This document shows, in pieces, positions 1-7,684 of a DNA stretch of 64,000 nt. This stretch comes from Bryobacterales bacterium. GTDB lineage: Bacteria; Acidobacteriota; Terriglobia; Bryobacterales; UBA6623. The translations under genes and the position numbers were made by a program. Where the stretch lies: the NCBI GenBank assembly GCA_028819215.1, contig JAPPMG010000102.1, positions 69,541 through 133,540 of the forward strand, in the 5' to 3' direction. The notes beneath the pieces are model-generated. The model saw nothing but the letters and a program-made list of their open reading frames with translations, ran no database searches and was not told the DNA's origin. The stretch's first letter is position 1, and the number at the start of each line of letters is the position of its first letter.

Positions 1-2
1 GG

Positions 3-1124
3 CTAGGCAAAGTCGGCTGCGGTGACGATCCGTCGCTCGTCGATGCTGATCCATGCGCCATAGGCCAGTTTGCTGGCCTCTATCGCGAAGTCCGCGTGCA
101 GTGCTGGCCGCGAGCGCTCGCGAACGGCGCGAAAGAAGTCGCGATACATGTCCTGCTCCAGTTGCCCCCTAGGCGATTCGATCTCGGAAAGCCGCAAGTC
201 CTTGGCCTCTTGGCCGAACGATCGAATCGTGGCCTCCCTGAAGTCGTACTGCAATGACCCTTTGCTTCCAGTCGCGGTGAGTTGCCATCGCGCTCCCGGC
301 GCGGAGCCGGAGTAAGTGTGCTGCAAGCGCACATCACCGAACTCTGCGATCACGGAGATGTTGTCCTCTGTGGTGCGCTCCGGCCAGTGCATCGCCCCGC
401 CCGTGGCGGCGCAGAAGGAGAGAGGCTGGCCGATCATCTCGTGCAGGAAAGCATACGAATGCACCGAAAACTCCAGCAGGCTGGATCCGGCTAATTCTCG
501 TAAGTGCCGCCAAGGAGTGGTCTTTCCGCTATGGGGGTCCGTCCAGCCCCAAGTGCGAGGATTCCAGTCGCCGCGGTACTCATTGAGAGCGAACAAGTAC
601 GGCTTTCCGATTTCGCCAGAAGTGACAGCCTCGATGATCTTGCGGTAGACGGGGTTGAAATGGCGCTGCATGCCGACGGCCAAAATCTGGCCGGTCTCGG
701 CCGCAGCCGCGGCGACACGCAAGGCTTCTTGGTAGGTGATGCCGATCGGCTTCTCCACCAGCACGTCCTTCCCTGCCCTCAGCGCGGCAATGGCCATCTC
801 GGCGTGAAGGTAGTTCGGAGCGGTGATCACGACCGCCTGCACCCGCTTGTCAGCAATAAGCTCGCGGTAGTCGGTGTATAGCTCGGCCGCCGCCGCAGGA
901 CCCGACTTGGCCGCCCGCATACGGTCGGCTTCGATGTCGCTGAGCGCAATGACCTCAACGCCCCCCAGCGCCTCGAACGCCGCCAAGTGCGCTCGGCTAC
1001 GGTTTCCGAGCCCTATCAAGCCGATCCGTGGTGCTGCGGTGACTTGAGCAGTAGCGGTGCTGGCTGCGGCGGCAGCGACAAGGCCGCCGGTCATTACCGA
1101 GCGTCTCGATGGATTCTGATTCAT
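3..1124 (-). CDS. Gfo/Idh/MocA family oxidoreductase with twin-arginine (TAT) signal
   Basis: ORF 3..1169 (-). Rossmann N-terminus RIGLIGLGNRSRAHLAAFEALGGVEVIALSDIE and EKP motif (VLVEKPIG) are typical of Gfo/Idh/MocA. MNQNPSRRSVMTGGLVAAAAAS looks like a TAT signal, so the start is set at ATG 1122-1124. TAG stop at 3-5. Confidence 0.85.
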   Translation of the reverse strand: MNQNPSRRSVMTGGLVAAAAASTATAQVTAAPRIGLIGLGNRSRAHLAAFEALGGVEVIALSDIEADRMRAAKSGPAAAAELYTDYRELIADKRVQAVVITAPNYLHAEMAIAALRAGKDVLVEKPIGITYQEALRVAAAAAETGQILAVGMQRHFNPVYRKIIEAVTSGEIGKPYLFALNEYRGDWNPRTWGWTDPHSGKTTPWRHLRELAGSSLLEFSVHSYAFLHEMIGQPLSFCAATGGAMHWPERTTEDNISVIAEFGDVRLQHTYSGSAPGARWQLTATGSKGSLQYDFREATIRSFGQEAKDLRLSEIESPRGQLEQDMYRDFFRAVRERSRPALHADFAIEASKLAYGAWISIDERRIVTAADFA

Positions 1125-1208
1125 TCCAAGCGATTGTATCTTGCCGTGCCGTCGAGCAAGAGCTTGCAAGCCGCTGCCCCCCGTGAGTGACGCAGCACGA
1201 GAGTGGCT

Positions 1209-1739
1209 TCAATCCGTCGGTCCATCGCCCCGCAGGATGGCATACAGGAACTGGTCCTGCACCGTGCCTGCCTTGATGGCACTCCGGCGCATGCGGCCTT
1301 CAAGCCGGTATCCTGCCTTTTGCAACACGCGGCAGGACGCGGAATTCGAAGCGAAAGGCACGGCATACAGTCGTTCCAGATCGTAGGCGGCAAATGCAAA
1401 GCGCGTGAAGCCGGTTAATGCGCGAGTCGCGACACCGCGACCACAGTACGGCTCGCCGAGCCAGTAACCGACCTCCCCGGAGCAATGCTCCACATCGTCT
1501 CGGAGGACTACACCAATCGAGCCAACCGACGCATCGTTGAGCGTGACTGCGAACATCGTCTCGGGAGTTTCCCCGAGCGCAAGCGCGATGAACTTCCGTG
1601 CGTCATCGAGCGAGTAAGGATGCGGGAACCTGTCCCGCAATTGCAGCCACACTTTCCGATTGTTGGCCAGCCGGGCCAGTTCGGGAGCGTCCGAGTCGCG
1701 GAATGACCGCACGCCGCAACAGCCTAGGTCGAGTTGCAT
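1209..1739 (-). CDS. GNAT family N-acetyltransferase (RimJ/RimL-like)
   Basis: ORF 1209..1769 (-). GNAT core pattern GEVGYWLGEPYCGRGVATRAL...LERLYAVPFASNSASCRVLQKAGYRLEGRMR. Start is ambiguous; ATG at 1739 chosen. Confidence 0.75.
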   Translation of the reverse strand: MQLDLGCCGVRSFRDSDAPELARLANNRKVWLQLRDRFPHPYSLDDARKFIALALGETPETMFAVTLNDASVGSIGVVLRDDVEHCSGEVGYWLGEPYCGRGVATRALTGFTRFAFAAYDLERLYAVPFASNSASCRVLQKAGYRLEGRMRRSAIKAGTVQDQFLYAILRGDGPTD

Positions 1740-2264
1740 CTCCGGCCCCGATGATCTGCAGTTGCCCATTATCCGTTACTTCATCGGGGGCACCCCACGT
1801 TCCTTGATCCCCGGATAAGGTACTCAGCCGCGGGGCCAAACGTCTTTGCAGTTAGATGGTTTGGCGGCGCGTTACAACGGCCAGTGGCGGTATTGGCTGC
1901 ACTCGGGCAGGCGTTTGATCCGGGCCGAGCGAGAACCGCCGGGAGCAGCGGTCAGCGGAGGTGCTCCTAGGCAGGGGATGCGGCGGCGGACTGGGCGCGC
2001 CGTGCGGGTCGGAAACGACTCCGACTATGGAGCCAGCAGCTCGAACGCGGGATTTGGCGCACCTGACAAGCCGACGCCCCGTGCCGAGCGGCCGAAAGAT
2101 CGGAGACTCCTCGCGGCGGCTCGCATAGCCGGGGATCTGGGAATGGACCGCGGCCTCGGAGCTGTGAGTGATACAGTGGAGTTCTGGGGGACAGCCAAGC
2201 GCGTCCCTTTGCACCGCTGGGTTTGAGCGAAGCGCTTGGATTCGCTGAGTATCTACGGTAGGCG

Positions 2265-3137
2265 ATGCCGACCACCCAACCAGTGCCGGACGACCAAGGC
2301 ACCACTTCGGAAGACCAAGCCTTGCGGCCGCGGCTAGTGGCGGAGGCTACCTCCCGAGAGACCTTCGTCGTCAGCCTCGAGCAATACGAAGGGCCTCTCG
2401 ACGCTCTGCTCGAGCTGATCAAGGAACAGCAGATAGACATTCTGGATATCCCCGTTGCCCGACTGACCGAGCAGTACTTGGAGTCACTCCGTCGGGCGGA
2501 ATCGCTGAATGTCGAGCTCAATGCGGAATTCGTGCTGATGGCTGCCACGCTCGTCCACATCAAGTCGAAGATGCTCCTGCCGACTCCGCCGAAGGTGGAC
2601 GAGGATGCCCCGGCAGATCCGCGCGACGACCTAGTAAAGCTCCTGCTCGAGCGAGAGAAGTTCGTGCAGGCTGCACAGATGCTTGGCGAGAAACGGGTGA
2701 TCGAAGAAAACGTCTGGACGACGGCAGCCGCGGATGCCCTCGCCGAAGAGGACGGCGACGCGGAGCTGCAAGTCAGCTTGTTTGACCTAGTCCAGACCTT
2801 TGGCGAAGTCTTGGAGCGACTCGAGAACCAACCTGTGGTCGAGATGCCTGAAGAGTCGGTCTCAGTGGCGAGCCGGATCCTATTCCTGAAGAACCTCCTG
2901 CAGAGCGACGACCAGCCGGTTCGGCTGCGCGACGTCTTGCTGCGCCAGCGGGTGCCGCGGGCGGTCATCGCTACGTTCCTGGCGCTGCTGGAGATGGTCA
3001 AGGCCCAAGCGATCGAGATCCGTCAGAACAAACTATTCGGGGAAGTCGTGATTCGGAAGCACGCTAACTTCGACCAAGCATTCCGCAGCGGGGAGCTGCT
3101 GCCCGCCTCGGACAGCGAACTGGAGTATTCGGCATGA
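2265..3137 (+). CDS. scpA: segregation and condensation protein A
   Basis: ORF 2265..3137 (+). Characteristic ScpA N-terminus LEQYEGPLDALLELIKEQQIDILDIPVARLTEQYL. Its stop overlaps the scpB start (ATGA at 3134-3137). Confidence 0.9.
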   Translation: MPTTQPVPDDQGTTSEDQALRPRLVAEATSRETFVVSLEQYEGPLDALLELIKEQQIDILDIPVARLTEQYLESLRRAESLNVELNAEFVLMAATLVHIKSKMLLPTPPKVDEDAPADPRDDLVKLLLEREKFVQAAQMLGEKRVIEENVWTTAAADALAEEDGDAELQVSLFDLVQTFGEVLERLENQPVVEMPEESVSVASRILFLKNLLQSDDQPVRLRDVLLRQRVPRAVIATFLALLEMVKAQAIEIRQNKLFGEVVIRKHANFDQAFRSGELLPASDSELEYSA

Positions 3138-3793
3138 CTGAAGCGATCATGACCTTTCCTGCTCCGGAGGAGCCCGGCCACGCCGGGCCAGTCGCAGAGG
3201 AACTTTCCCTCCAGCGGCGCCTCAGCCTGCTGGAAGCCGTGATCTTCGCTGCCGACGATCCGCCGACGGCGGATCAGCTGGCTGCGGGGTTGGGATTGCC
3301 GAAGGAGCAGTTGGAAAGCGACTTGAGCGCTCTTTGCGAGTCGTACCGATCAGATCTGCGGGGGGTCGAAATCCGAGCTGTAGGCGGCGGCTACCGAATG
3401 TCCACCAAGGCCGAGCACCACGAGGCCGTCAGGGCGTTCGTGAAGACAGTGCGGCCCAAGCTGCGTCTGTCGAAGGCCGCACTCGAGACCTTGGCGGTGG
3501 TGGCGTACCGCCAGCCCGTGACATTGCCGGAGATTCAAGCCATTCGGGGCGTGGTCAATGCGAGCGGCGTGGTTCACACGCTGCTGAGCCACAAGCTGAT
3601 CACTACCGCCGGACGCAAGAAGATCATCGGACGGCCAATGCGCTACAAGACCACTCCGGACTTCTTGCTGCAATTCGGGCTCAGCGACTTGAAGGAATTG
3701 CCCACCCTCAAAGAAATGGAGGCGCTGAGTCGTGCCGCGCTGGACGAGGACCAACAGGTTGCCGAGGGCGGCGACGGGGAGCAAGAAGCCTAA
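3134..3793 (+). CDS. scpB: segregation and condensation protein B
   Basis: ORF 3134..3793 (+). ScpB pattern LLEAVIFAADDPPTADQLA...GVEIRAVGGGYRMSTK...LETLAVVAYRQPVTLPEIQAIRGV. Translationally coupled to scpA. Confidence 0.9.
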   Translation: MTEAIMTFPAPEEPGHAGPVAEELSLQRRLSLLEAVIFAADDPPTADQLAAGLGLPKEQLESDLSALCESYRSDLRGVEIRAVGGGYRMSTKAEHHEAVRAFVKTVRPKLRLSKAALETLAVVAYRQPVTLPEIQAIRGVVNASGVVHTLLSHKLITTAGRKKIIGRPMRYKTTPDFLLQFGLSDLKELPTLKEMEALSRAALDEDQQVAEGGDGEQEA

Positions 3794-3871
3794 GCTGACG
3801 GGGACTCCGATCGCCGTCCAGACGGCCGCTCCCGAAGCCAGAAGCTTCCCCTTCAAGGGGAGATACGTGTC

Positions 3872-5041
3872 ATGTCTGAACGATTGCAGAAGATTATTGC
3901 GCGGGCGGGAATCGCATCGCGCCGCAAGGCCGAAGAGCTGATCCTGGCTGGCCGCGTCACGGTCAACGGCGAGGTCGCCACACAACTGGGCTCGAGGGCA
4001 GACGCTGCCGAAGACACCGTGCGCGTCGACGGCAAGGTCCTGCGCGATAGCGGCACGAGACGCTATCTGGCAATGCACAAGCCCAAGGGCTGTGTCACCA
4101 CAACTGATGATCCCGAAGGGCGGCCTACCGTCATGGACTTGCTAGGGGCGGGAGCCGCCAAGGGACTACACCCAGTCGGACGGTTAGATTTCAACACCGA
4201 GGGGCTGCTGATTCTGACGGACGACGGTGATTTTTCCAATGAACTTCTCTCGGCAAAGAACAGGATTCCAAAGACTTATGCGGTTAAGATCAGCGGATTT
4301 CCGCCCGAGGAAGCAATCCAAAAGCTACGCCAGGGAATCCGGCTAGACGGCCGTCTGGCCCGTCCTGAATCCATTCGGCTGGCCCGCACGGCCGAGAACC
4401 CGTGGTTTGAGGTTACGTTAACCCAGGGTCGCAACCGGCAGATCCACCGCATGTTCGAACGGATTGGCTTCCTGGTGGAAAAGATTCGGCGCGTTCGCAT
4501 CGGCAGCCTAACGCTCAAAGGTCTCGAGCCACGCCAAGTTCGCGAGTTGCTTCCGAAAGAGGTAGAGCGCCTACGCAACTACGAGCCCAGCGCCGAACGC
4601 GACCGGGAATATTCCGAGCCAGAGGCAGAACGGAGGCCGCGCGGGGCGGTCCGGCGAAGCGCCAATCTGCCGGGAGAAAAGCGATACGGGAGAGGGCGTG
4701 CGGCCCGGCCCAGCGCCGGTGGTCGTGACGATCGGAGGACACCACGCGGATCGACGTCGGGGCGTCCGGCGGAGGCCCGATCCTTCCGCTCGGACAGCAG
4801 GCGGCCGCGGCCTGAGTATGATGATCGGTCCGATGGGCGGGAAGCTCGCAGGGGCAGCTCGCGAACGAACCGACTCAGGCGAGAAGCGCGACCCCAGCAA
4901 CGACCAGCGCGGCGCCGGCCCAGCGGCGCAAGCTCACCTGCTCGTGCAAGAACAAGCGGGCGAGCAGGGTCTCCAGGGCGTAGCCCAATGCGGTCGCGGG
5001 GACCGCGAAACTCACGTCCCGGATCGAGAGCAAGGCCATAA
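3872..5041 (+). CDS. rluB: 23S rRNA pseudouridine synthase RluB-like (S4 domain + RsuA/RluB core) with Arg-rich C-terminal tail
   Basis: ORF 3872..5041 (+). S4 domain MSERLQKIIARAGIASRRKAEELILAGRVTVNGEV, then synthase core with HPVGRLDFNTEGLLILTDDG. Follows scpAB, a common arrangement. The last ~150 aa are low-complexity and Arg-rich. Confidence 0.85.
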   Translation: MSERLQKIIARAGIASRRKAEELILAGRVTVNGEVATQLGSRADAAEDTVRVDGKVLRDSGTRRYLAMHKPKGCVTTTDDPEGRPTVMDLLGAGAAKGLHPVGRLDFNTEGLLILTDDGDFSNELLSAKNRIPKTYAVKISGFPPEEAIQKLRQGIRLDGRLARPESIRLARTAENPWFEVTLTQGRNRQIHRMFERIGFLVEKIRRVRIGSLTLKGLEPRQVRELLPKEVERLRNYEPSAERDREYSEPEAERRPRGAVRRSANLPGEKRYGRGRAARPSAGGRDDRRTPRGSTSGRPAEARSFRSDSRRPRPEYDDRSDGREARRGSSRTNRLRREARPQQRPARRRPSGASSPARARTSGRAGSPGRSPMRSRGPRNSRPGSRARP

Positions 5042-5234
5042 AGCCGAAGAATGAGATCGCATACGCTACCAGTGCCAGCAAGAACCAGGCATTGCGGATG
5101 GTCGCTATGCCGAATCTGGCCAGCGCGGTGGGCCCCAGTGTCGGCGGAGCGCCTTGCAGGCGCATTCCGTGGGCCTTGAGCAGGTCCCCGACTACCCCGC
5201 CCCCTACAACTAGCATCAGCAGGAAGGCTGTCAC
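4875..5234 (-). CDS. single EamA-domain (half-size DMT) membrane protein, downstream partner
   Basis: Part of ORF 4875..5477 (-). EamA-like C-terminus ...VPATALGYALETLLARLFLHEQVSLRRWAGAALVVAGVALLA. Start placed at GTG 5232-5234, which overlaps the upstream gene's TGA (GTGA). Confidence 0.6.
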   Translation of the reverse strand: MTAFLLMLVVGGGVVGDLLKAHGMRLQGAPPTLGPTALARFGIATIRNAWFLLALVAYAISFFGFMALLSIRDVSFAVPATALGYALETLLARLFLHEQVSLRRWAGAALVVAGVALLA

Positions 5235-5683
5235 GGACGTCCCTCGGATGTCGATGCGGGAGTAGAAGCCACGAGTGCTACCCCGCACGAAACCAGCGCG
5301 ATCCCACACCATCGGAGCGGAGAGATCGACTCGTCGAGGATGATCGCGCCGAGCGCAGCAACGAGCGCATAGCCACAAGACGTGACGAGCAACACGTAGC
5401 TGAGGTCGGCCCAGGTCAGCAACAGCGTGTGGGCTGCGAAGAACAGCACAAGCAAGGTCGTGCCGAGCAACACCCACGGATTCGCAAAGGCCGCTATTGC
5501 CGAGGAAACCAGGCTGGCCGGCGAGTACGAGCTGATATCACCGACCGCTCGCATGCCGTAGCTGAGTACAACGTTGCCAATGGAGTTGGAAACAATGACG
5601 ATCGCTAGCAGGATTTTTGTCTTTCCGGCCAATGCCGAGTCTATCACCGGGATTCTGACTGCAATCTTCACTGGGACGCGCAT
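5231..5683 (-). CDS. single EamA-domain (half-size DMT) membrane protein, upstream partner
   Basis: Part of ORF 5231..5740 (-). EamA-like segments LLAIVIVSNSIGNVVLSYGMRAVG ... GAIILDESISPLRWCGIALVSCGVALVAS. ATG at 5683 chosen; GTG at 5740 is also possible. Confidence 0.6.
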   Translation of the reverse strand: MRVPVKIAVRIPVIDSALAGKTKILLAIVIVSNSIGNVVLSYGMRAVGDISSYSPASLVSSAIAAFANPWVLLGTTLLVLFFAAHTLLLTWADLSYVLLVTSCGYALVAALGAIILDESISPLRWCGIALVSCGVALVASTPASTSEGRP

Positions 5684-5785
5684 GGCGACGGGTGCGGCAA
5701 TGCTGTTCCTCAACCGGCGACACGCATGCCGCTGATCCACGACCTACGGACCGGGTAGTAATGACCGTCCCAGCAGTCGTGGAAG

Positions 5786-6391
5786 TCAAGACGCTAGGGT
5801 CGGCATCATGTCGAGTGTCGCGTCAGCGAATCGCCGGAAGGCAATGTCATCGAACAGCACGAAGGTCACGCGCTCAACTCTTGTCTCATCTCCACTTAGC
5901 TTGGTCGCGACCGCGCTCACCGCAACCTTCGCTGCTAGATCCATCGGGTAGCCATATACCCCCGTACTGATGGCGGGTAGCGTAAGGGTGCGAGCGCCGA
6001 GTTCGTCCGAAAGCTCAACACAACGCTCGTAACACGATCGGAGAGCCAATGGTTCACCACTCCGCCCGTCCCCGTAGACGGGACCAACTGCGTGGATTAC
6101 CCACTGAGCTGGCAGCCTACCGGCATGAGTGGCGACTGCATCTCCGGCCGGACATTGGCCGATCCGGGCTCGGATCTGGTCCAGCTCTTGCATGATCGCC
6201 GGCCCACCGGCGCGGTGGATCGCACCATCGACTCCGCCGCCACCCGCGAGCCTAGAGTTAGCCGCGTTCCCGATGGCATCCGCAGGGATCTTCGTGATAT
6301 CGCCGACTACGAGGGAGAGCTCCCGGTCCTTGATGCAAAGCTTGAGCTCGGCCTCCAACATGACGGCATTGTACTTGGGGGCAGGAACCAT
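5786..6391 (-). CDS. macro domain protein (O-acetyl-ADP-ribose deacetylase / MacroD-YmdB-like)
   Basis: ORF 5786..6445 (-). Diagnostic VVGDITKIPADAIGNAANSRLAGGGGVDGAIHRAGGPAI and GDAVATHAGRLPAQWVIHAVGP. Start is ambiguous: ATG 6391 with an upstream GGAGG, or ATG 6361. Confidence 0.8.
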   Translation of the reverse strand: MVPAPKYNAVMLEAELKLCIKDRELSLVVGDITKIPADAIGNAANSRLAGGGGVDGAIHRAGGPAIMQELDQIRARIGQCPAGDAVATHAGRLPAQWVIHAVGPVYGDGRSGEPLALRSCYERCVELSDELGARTLTLPAISTGVYGYPMDLAAKVAVSAVATKLSGDETRVERVTFVLFDDIAFRRFADATLDMMPTLAS

Positions 6392-6503
6392 CGGTGTAAG
6401 GTCCCTCCGCCATGCTTCCGAGAAGCAAGACCTGAGCGCGAGCAATTTCGTCTACTGGCGTGTATACTGCGAACAGCCACCTGCAAGTTGAAGGTGGCTA
6501 GAG

Positions 6504-6856
6504 GGGGGCGTAAAGGATTCGACGAGATCGCAGTCGCTGCTTAGAGGCATGCCGGGTTCCGAGCACCCGTTAAACGATCGGAACAAAAGAACTGCCAACG
6601 ACATGCAGTTTGCACACGCTGCCTAAGCTTAGGTAGCCGTCTTCGCCGTTGGGCTCGCACATCGGTACAAGACGTCATCTTGCGAGATAGGTCTCGAGAC
6701 TTCCGCCTGGAGTCTAGTGACCGAGATCAATCAGGCTGGGCCGCAGGTAGCTTGTTCATTCACAGCCTGCAGTTGAGATCTTGGAATGAACTAAGCATGT
6801 AGGCTTTTTGCAGTGGCCTTTCTCGGACGCGGGTTCGATTCCCGCCGCCTCCACCA
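6504..6856 (+). ncRNA. ssrA: tmRNA (transfer-messenger RNA)
   Basis: 5' GGGGGCGTAAAGGATTCGACG pairs with 3' CGCCTCC-ACCA, including the G3:U pair. Conserved blocks GCATGCCG, AATCAGGCT, ACTAAGCATGTAG and TCGGACGCGGGTTCGATTCCCGCC are present. Tag ORF GCC AAC GAC ATG CAG TTT GCA CAC GCT GCC TAA (6594-6626) encodes ANDMQFAHAA. A possible -10 TATACT lies at 6463-6468. Confidence 0.95.
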
Positions 6857-6933
6857 CGCATCCCAAGTGGAGATTCACCTAGCCGGTGAGGTTCCAGCCC
6901 GAATCGTAGACCGAGCATCAACCTCGACACTCG

Positions 6934-6953
6934 AAAAGGCGTCGGCCGCGCCT
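6934..6953 (-). terminator. putative intrinsic terminator of the vapBC-like operon (also lies 3' of ssrA)
   Basis: On the minus strand, 1 nt after the vapC TAA (6955-6957): AGGCG-cggccga-CGCCT followed by TTT. The stem is only 5 bp and the T-tract is short. Confidence 0.35.
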
Positions 6954-6954
6954 C

Positions 6955-7376
6955 TTACACACCCTCCCATGGGCTAGAGATTTCTATCCCCCTCTCCTGG
7001 AAGTCCCGAATGTTGCGCGTCGCCACCGCCATGTCACATGACCGAGCGGTTGCTGCAATCTGGCAATCGGCTGCTGCCACGGGCCGGCCTAGCCGGCGTC
7101 GTGTGGCCGCAATCTCGGCATAGGCACAAGCCGCGCTGCTATCAAACAGTAGGACGCGATTTGCAAAGCCCAGTTCCAGCATCCGTTCAAGGGCTGCCGC
7201 AAGGCGGGCTCGGCGTTTGCCATTGGCATGACAGCAAGACCAAAGCGCAATTCGGCCTCGGTCACAGCTGTCAGAAACAAGCTCGACGTAGTACGTTTTT
7301 CAACCCAGGACGCAACAACGGGATCGGGCGCCCGACGCATCAGTTCGGATACTACGTTGGTGTCGAGAACGAACAT
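6955..7376 (-). pseudogene. vapC: PIN-domain toxin VapC/FitB-like, disrupted by a single-nucleotide frameshift
   Basis: ORF 7089..7376 gives the N-terminal PIN half (MFVLDTNVVSELMRR...LTAVTEAELRFGLAVMP). ORF 6955..7182 gives the C-terminal half in another frame (...RVLLFDSSAACAYAEIAATRRRLGRPVAAADCQIAATARSCDMAVATRNIRDF). Reading the second frame upstream gives NGKRRARLAALERMLELGF directly after ...AVMP, so the shift lies at about 7224-7230. Confidence 0.75.
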
Positions 7377-7385
7377 TCATGAGCC

Positions 7386-7628
7386 TCAACTGAAATCAGG
7401 AGGCTCGCGCATTGGCCCCCGTGGCGGTAGTTCCAGTTCCACACCGCCGAAGGGCTCAAAACACTCACGGATGAAACTGGCGAGGTTCTCCGGTTCGTCT
7501 TTCCGAGCGACCGCATCGCGAAGGATAATCCGCGCCTCCTCTTCCATCGAATGAACGTTGGCGGAGGCACGAATCCGAAGTCGGGTCTTTACGTCGTCGT
7601 CGAGATGGCGGATTGTGATGCTTGCCAT
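7386..7628 (-). CDS. FitA/VapB-type (Arc/ribbon-helix-helix-like) antitoxin
   Basis: ORF 7386..7628 (-), 80 aa. MASITIRHLDDDVKTRLRIRASANVHSMEEEARIILRDAV is the typical FitA / plasmid-stability antitoxin N-terminus. It lies 9 nt upstream of the PIN gene. Confidence 0.75.
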   Translation of the reverse strand: MASITIRHLDDDVKTRLRIRASANVHSMEEEARIILRDAVARKDEPENLASFIRECFEPFGGVELELPPRGPMREPPDFS

Positions 7629-7684
7629 TGTCCCACCTTCCCGTTAGGAATAAGCTTATCCCCCGATTGCGCTGCAATCAAGTG

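Noticed and set aside
1846-2226. 126-aa ORF (TTG start) in the 495-bp divergent region upstream of scpA, ending just before an AGCGAA...TTCGCT inverted repeat (about 2226-2250). I also checked this gap for RNase P, SRP or 6S-like motifs.
   Set aside because: There is no recognisable protein pattern, an equally long ORF on the opposite strand, and no conserved ncRNA sequence blocks. Not supportable as a gene without expression or conservation data.
1967-3001. 344-aa minus-strand ORF antisense to scpA
   Set aside because: scpA is unambiguous on the plus strand. The antisense product is Ser/Arg-rich low complexity.
5684-5785. Possible guanidine-type (ykkC/mini-ykkC) riboswitch upstream of the small EamA transporter pair
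   Set aside because: I looked for ACGR-loop hairpins and the ACCCGG/GGAC pseudoknot pattern. Only loose resemblances (GGGACGGTC, ACCCGGTCC) are present, without supporting stems. The region may also be coding if the GTG at 5740 is the true start.
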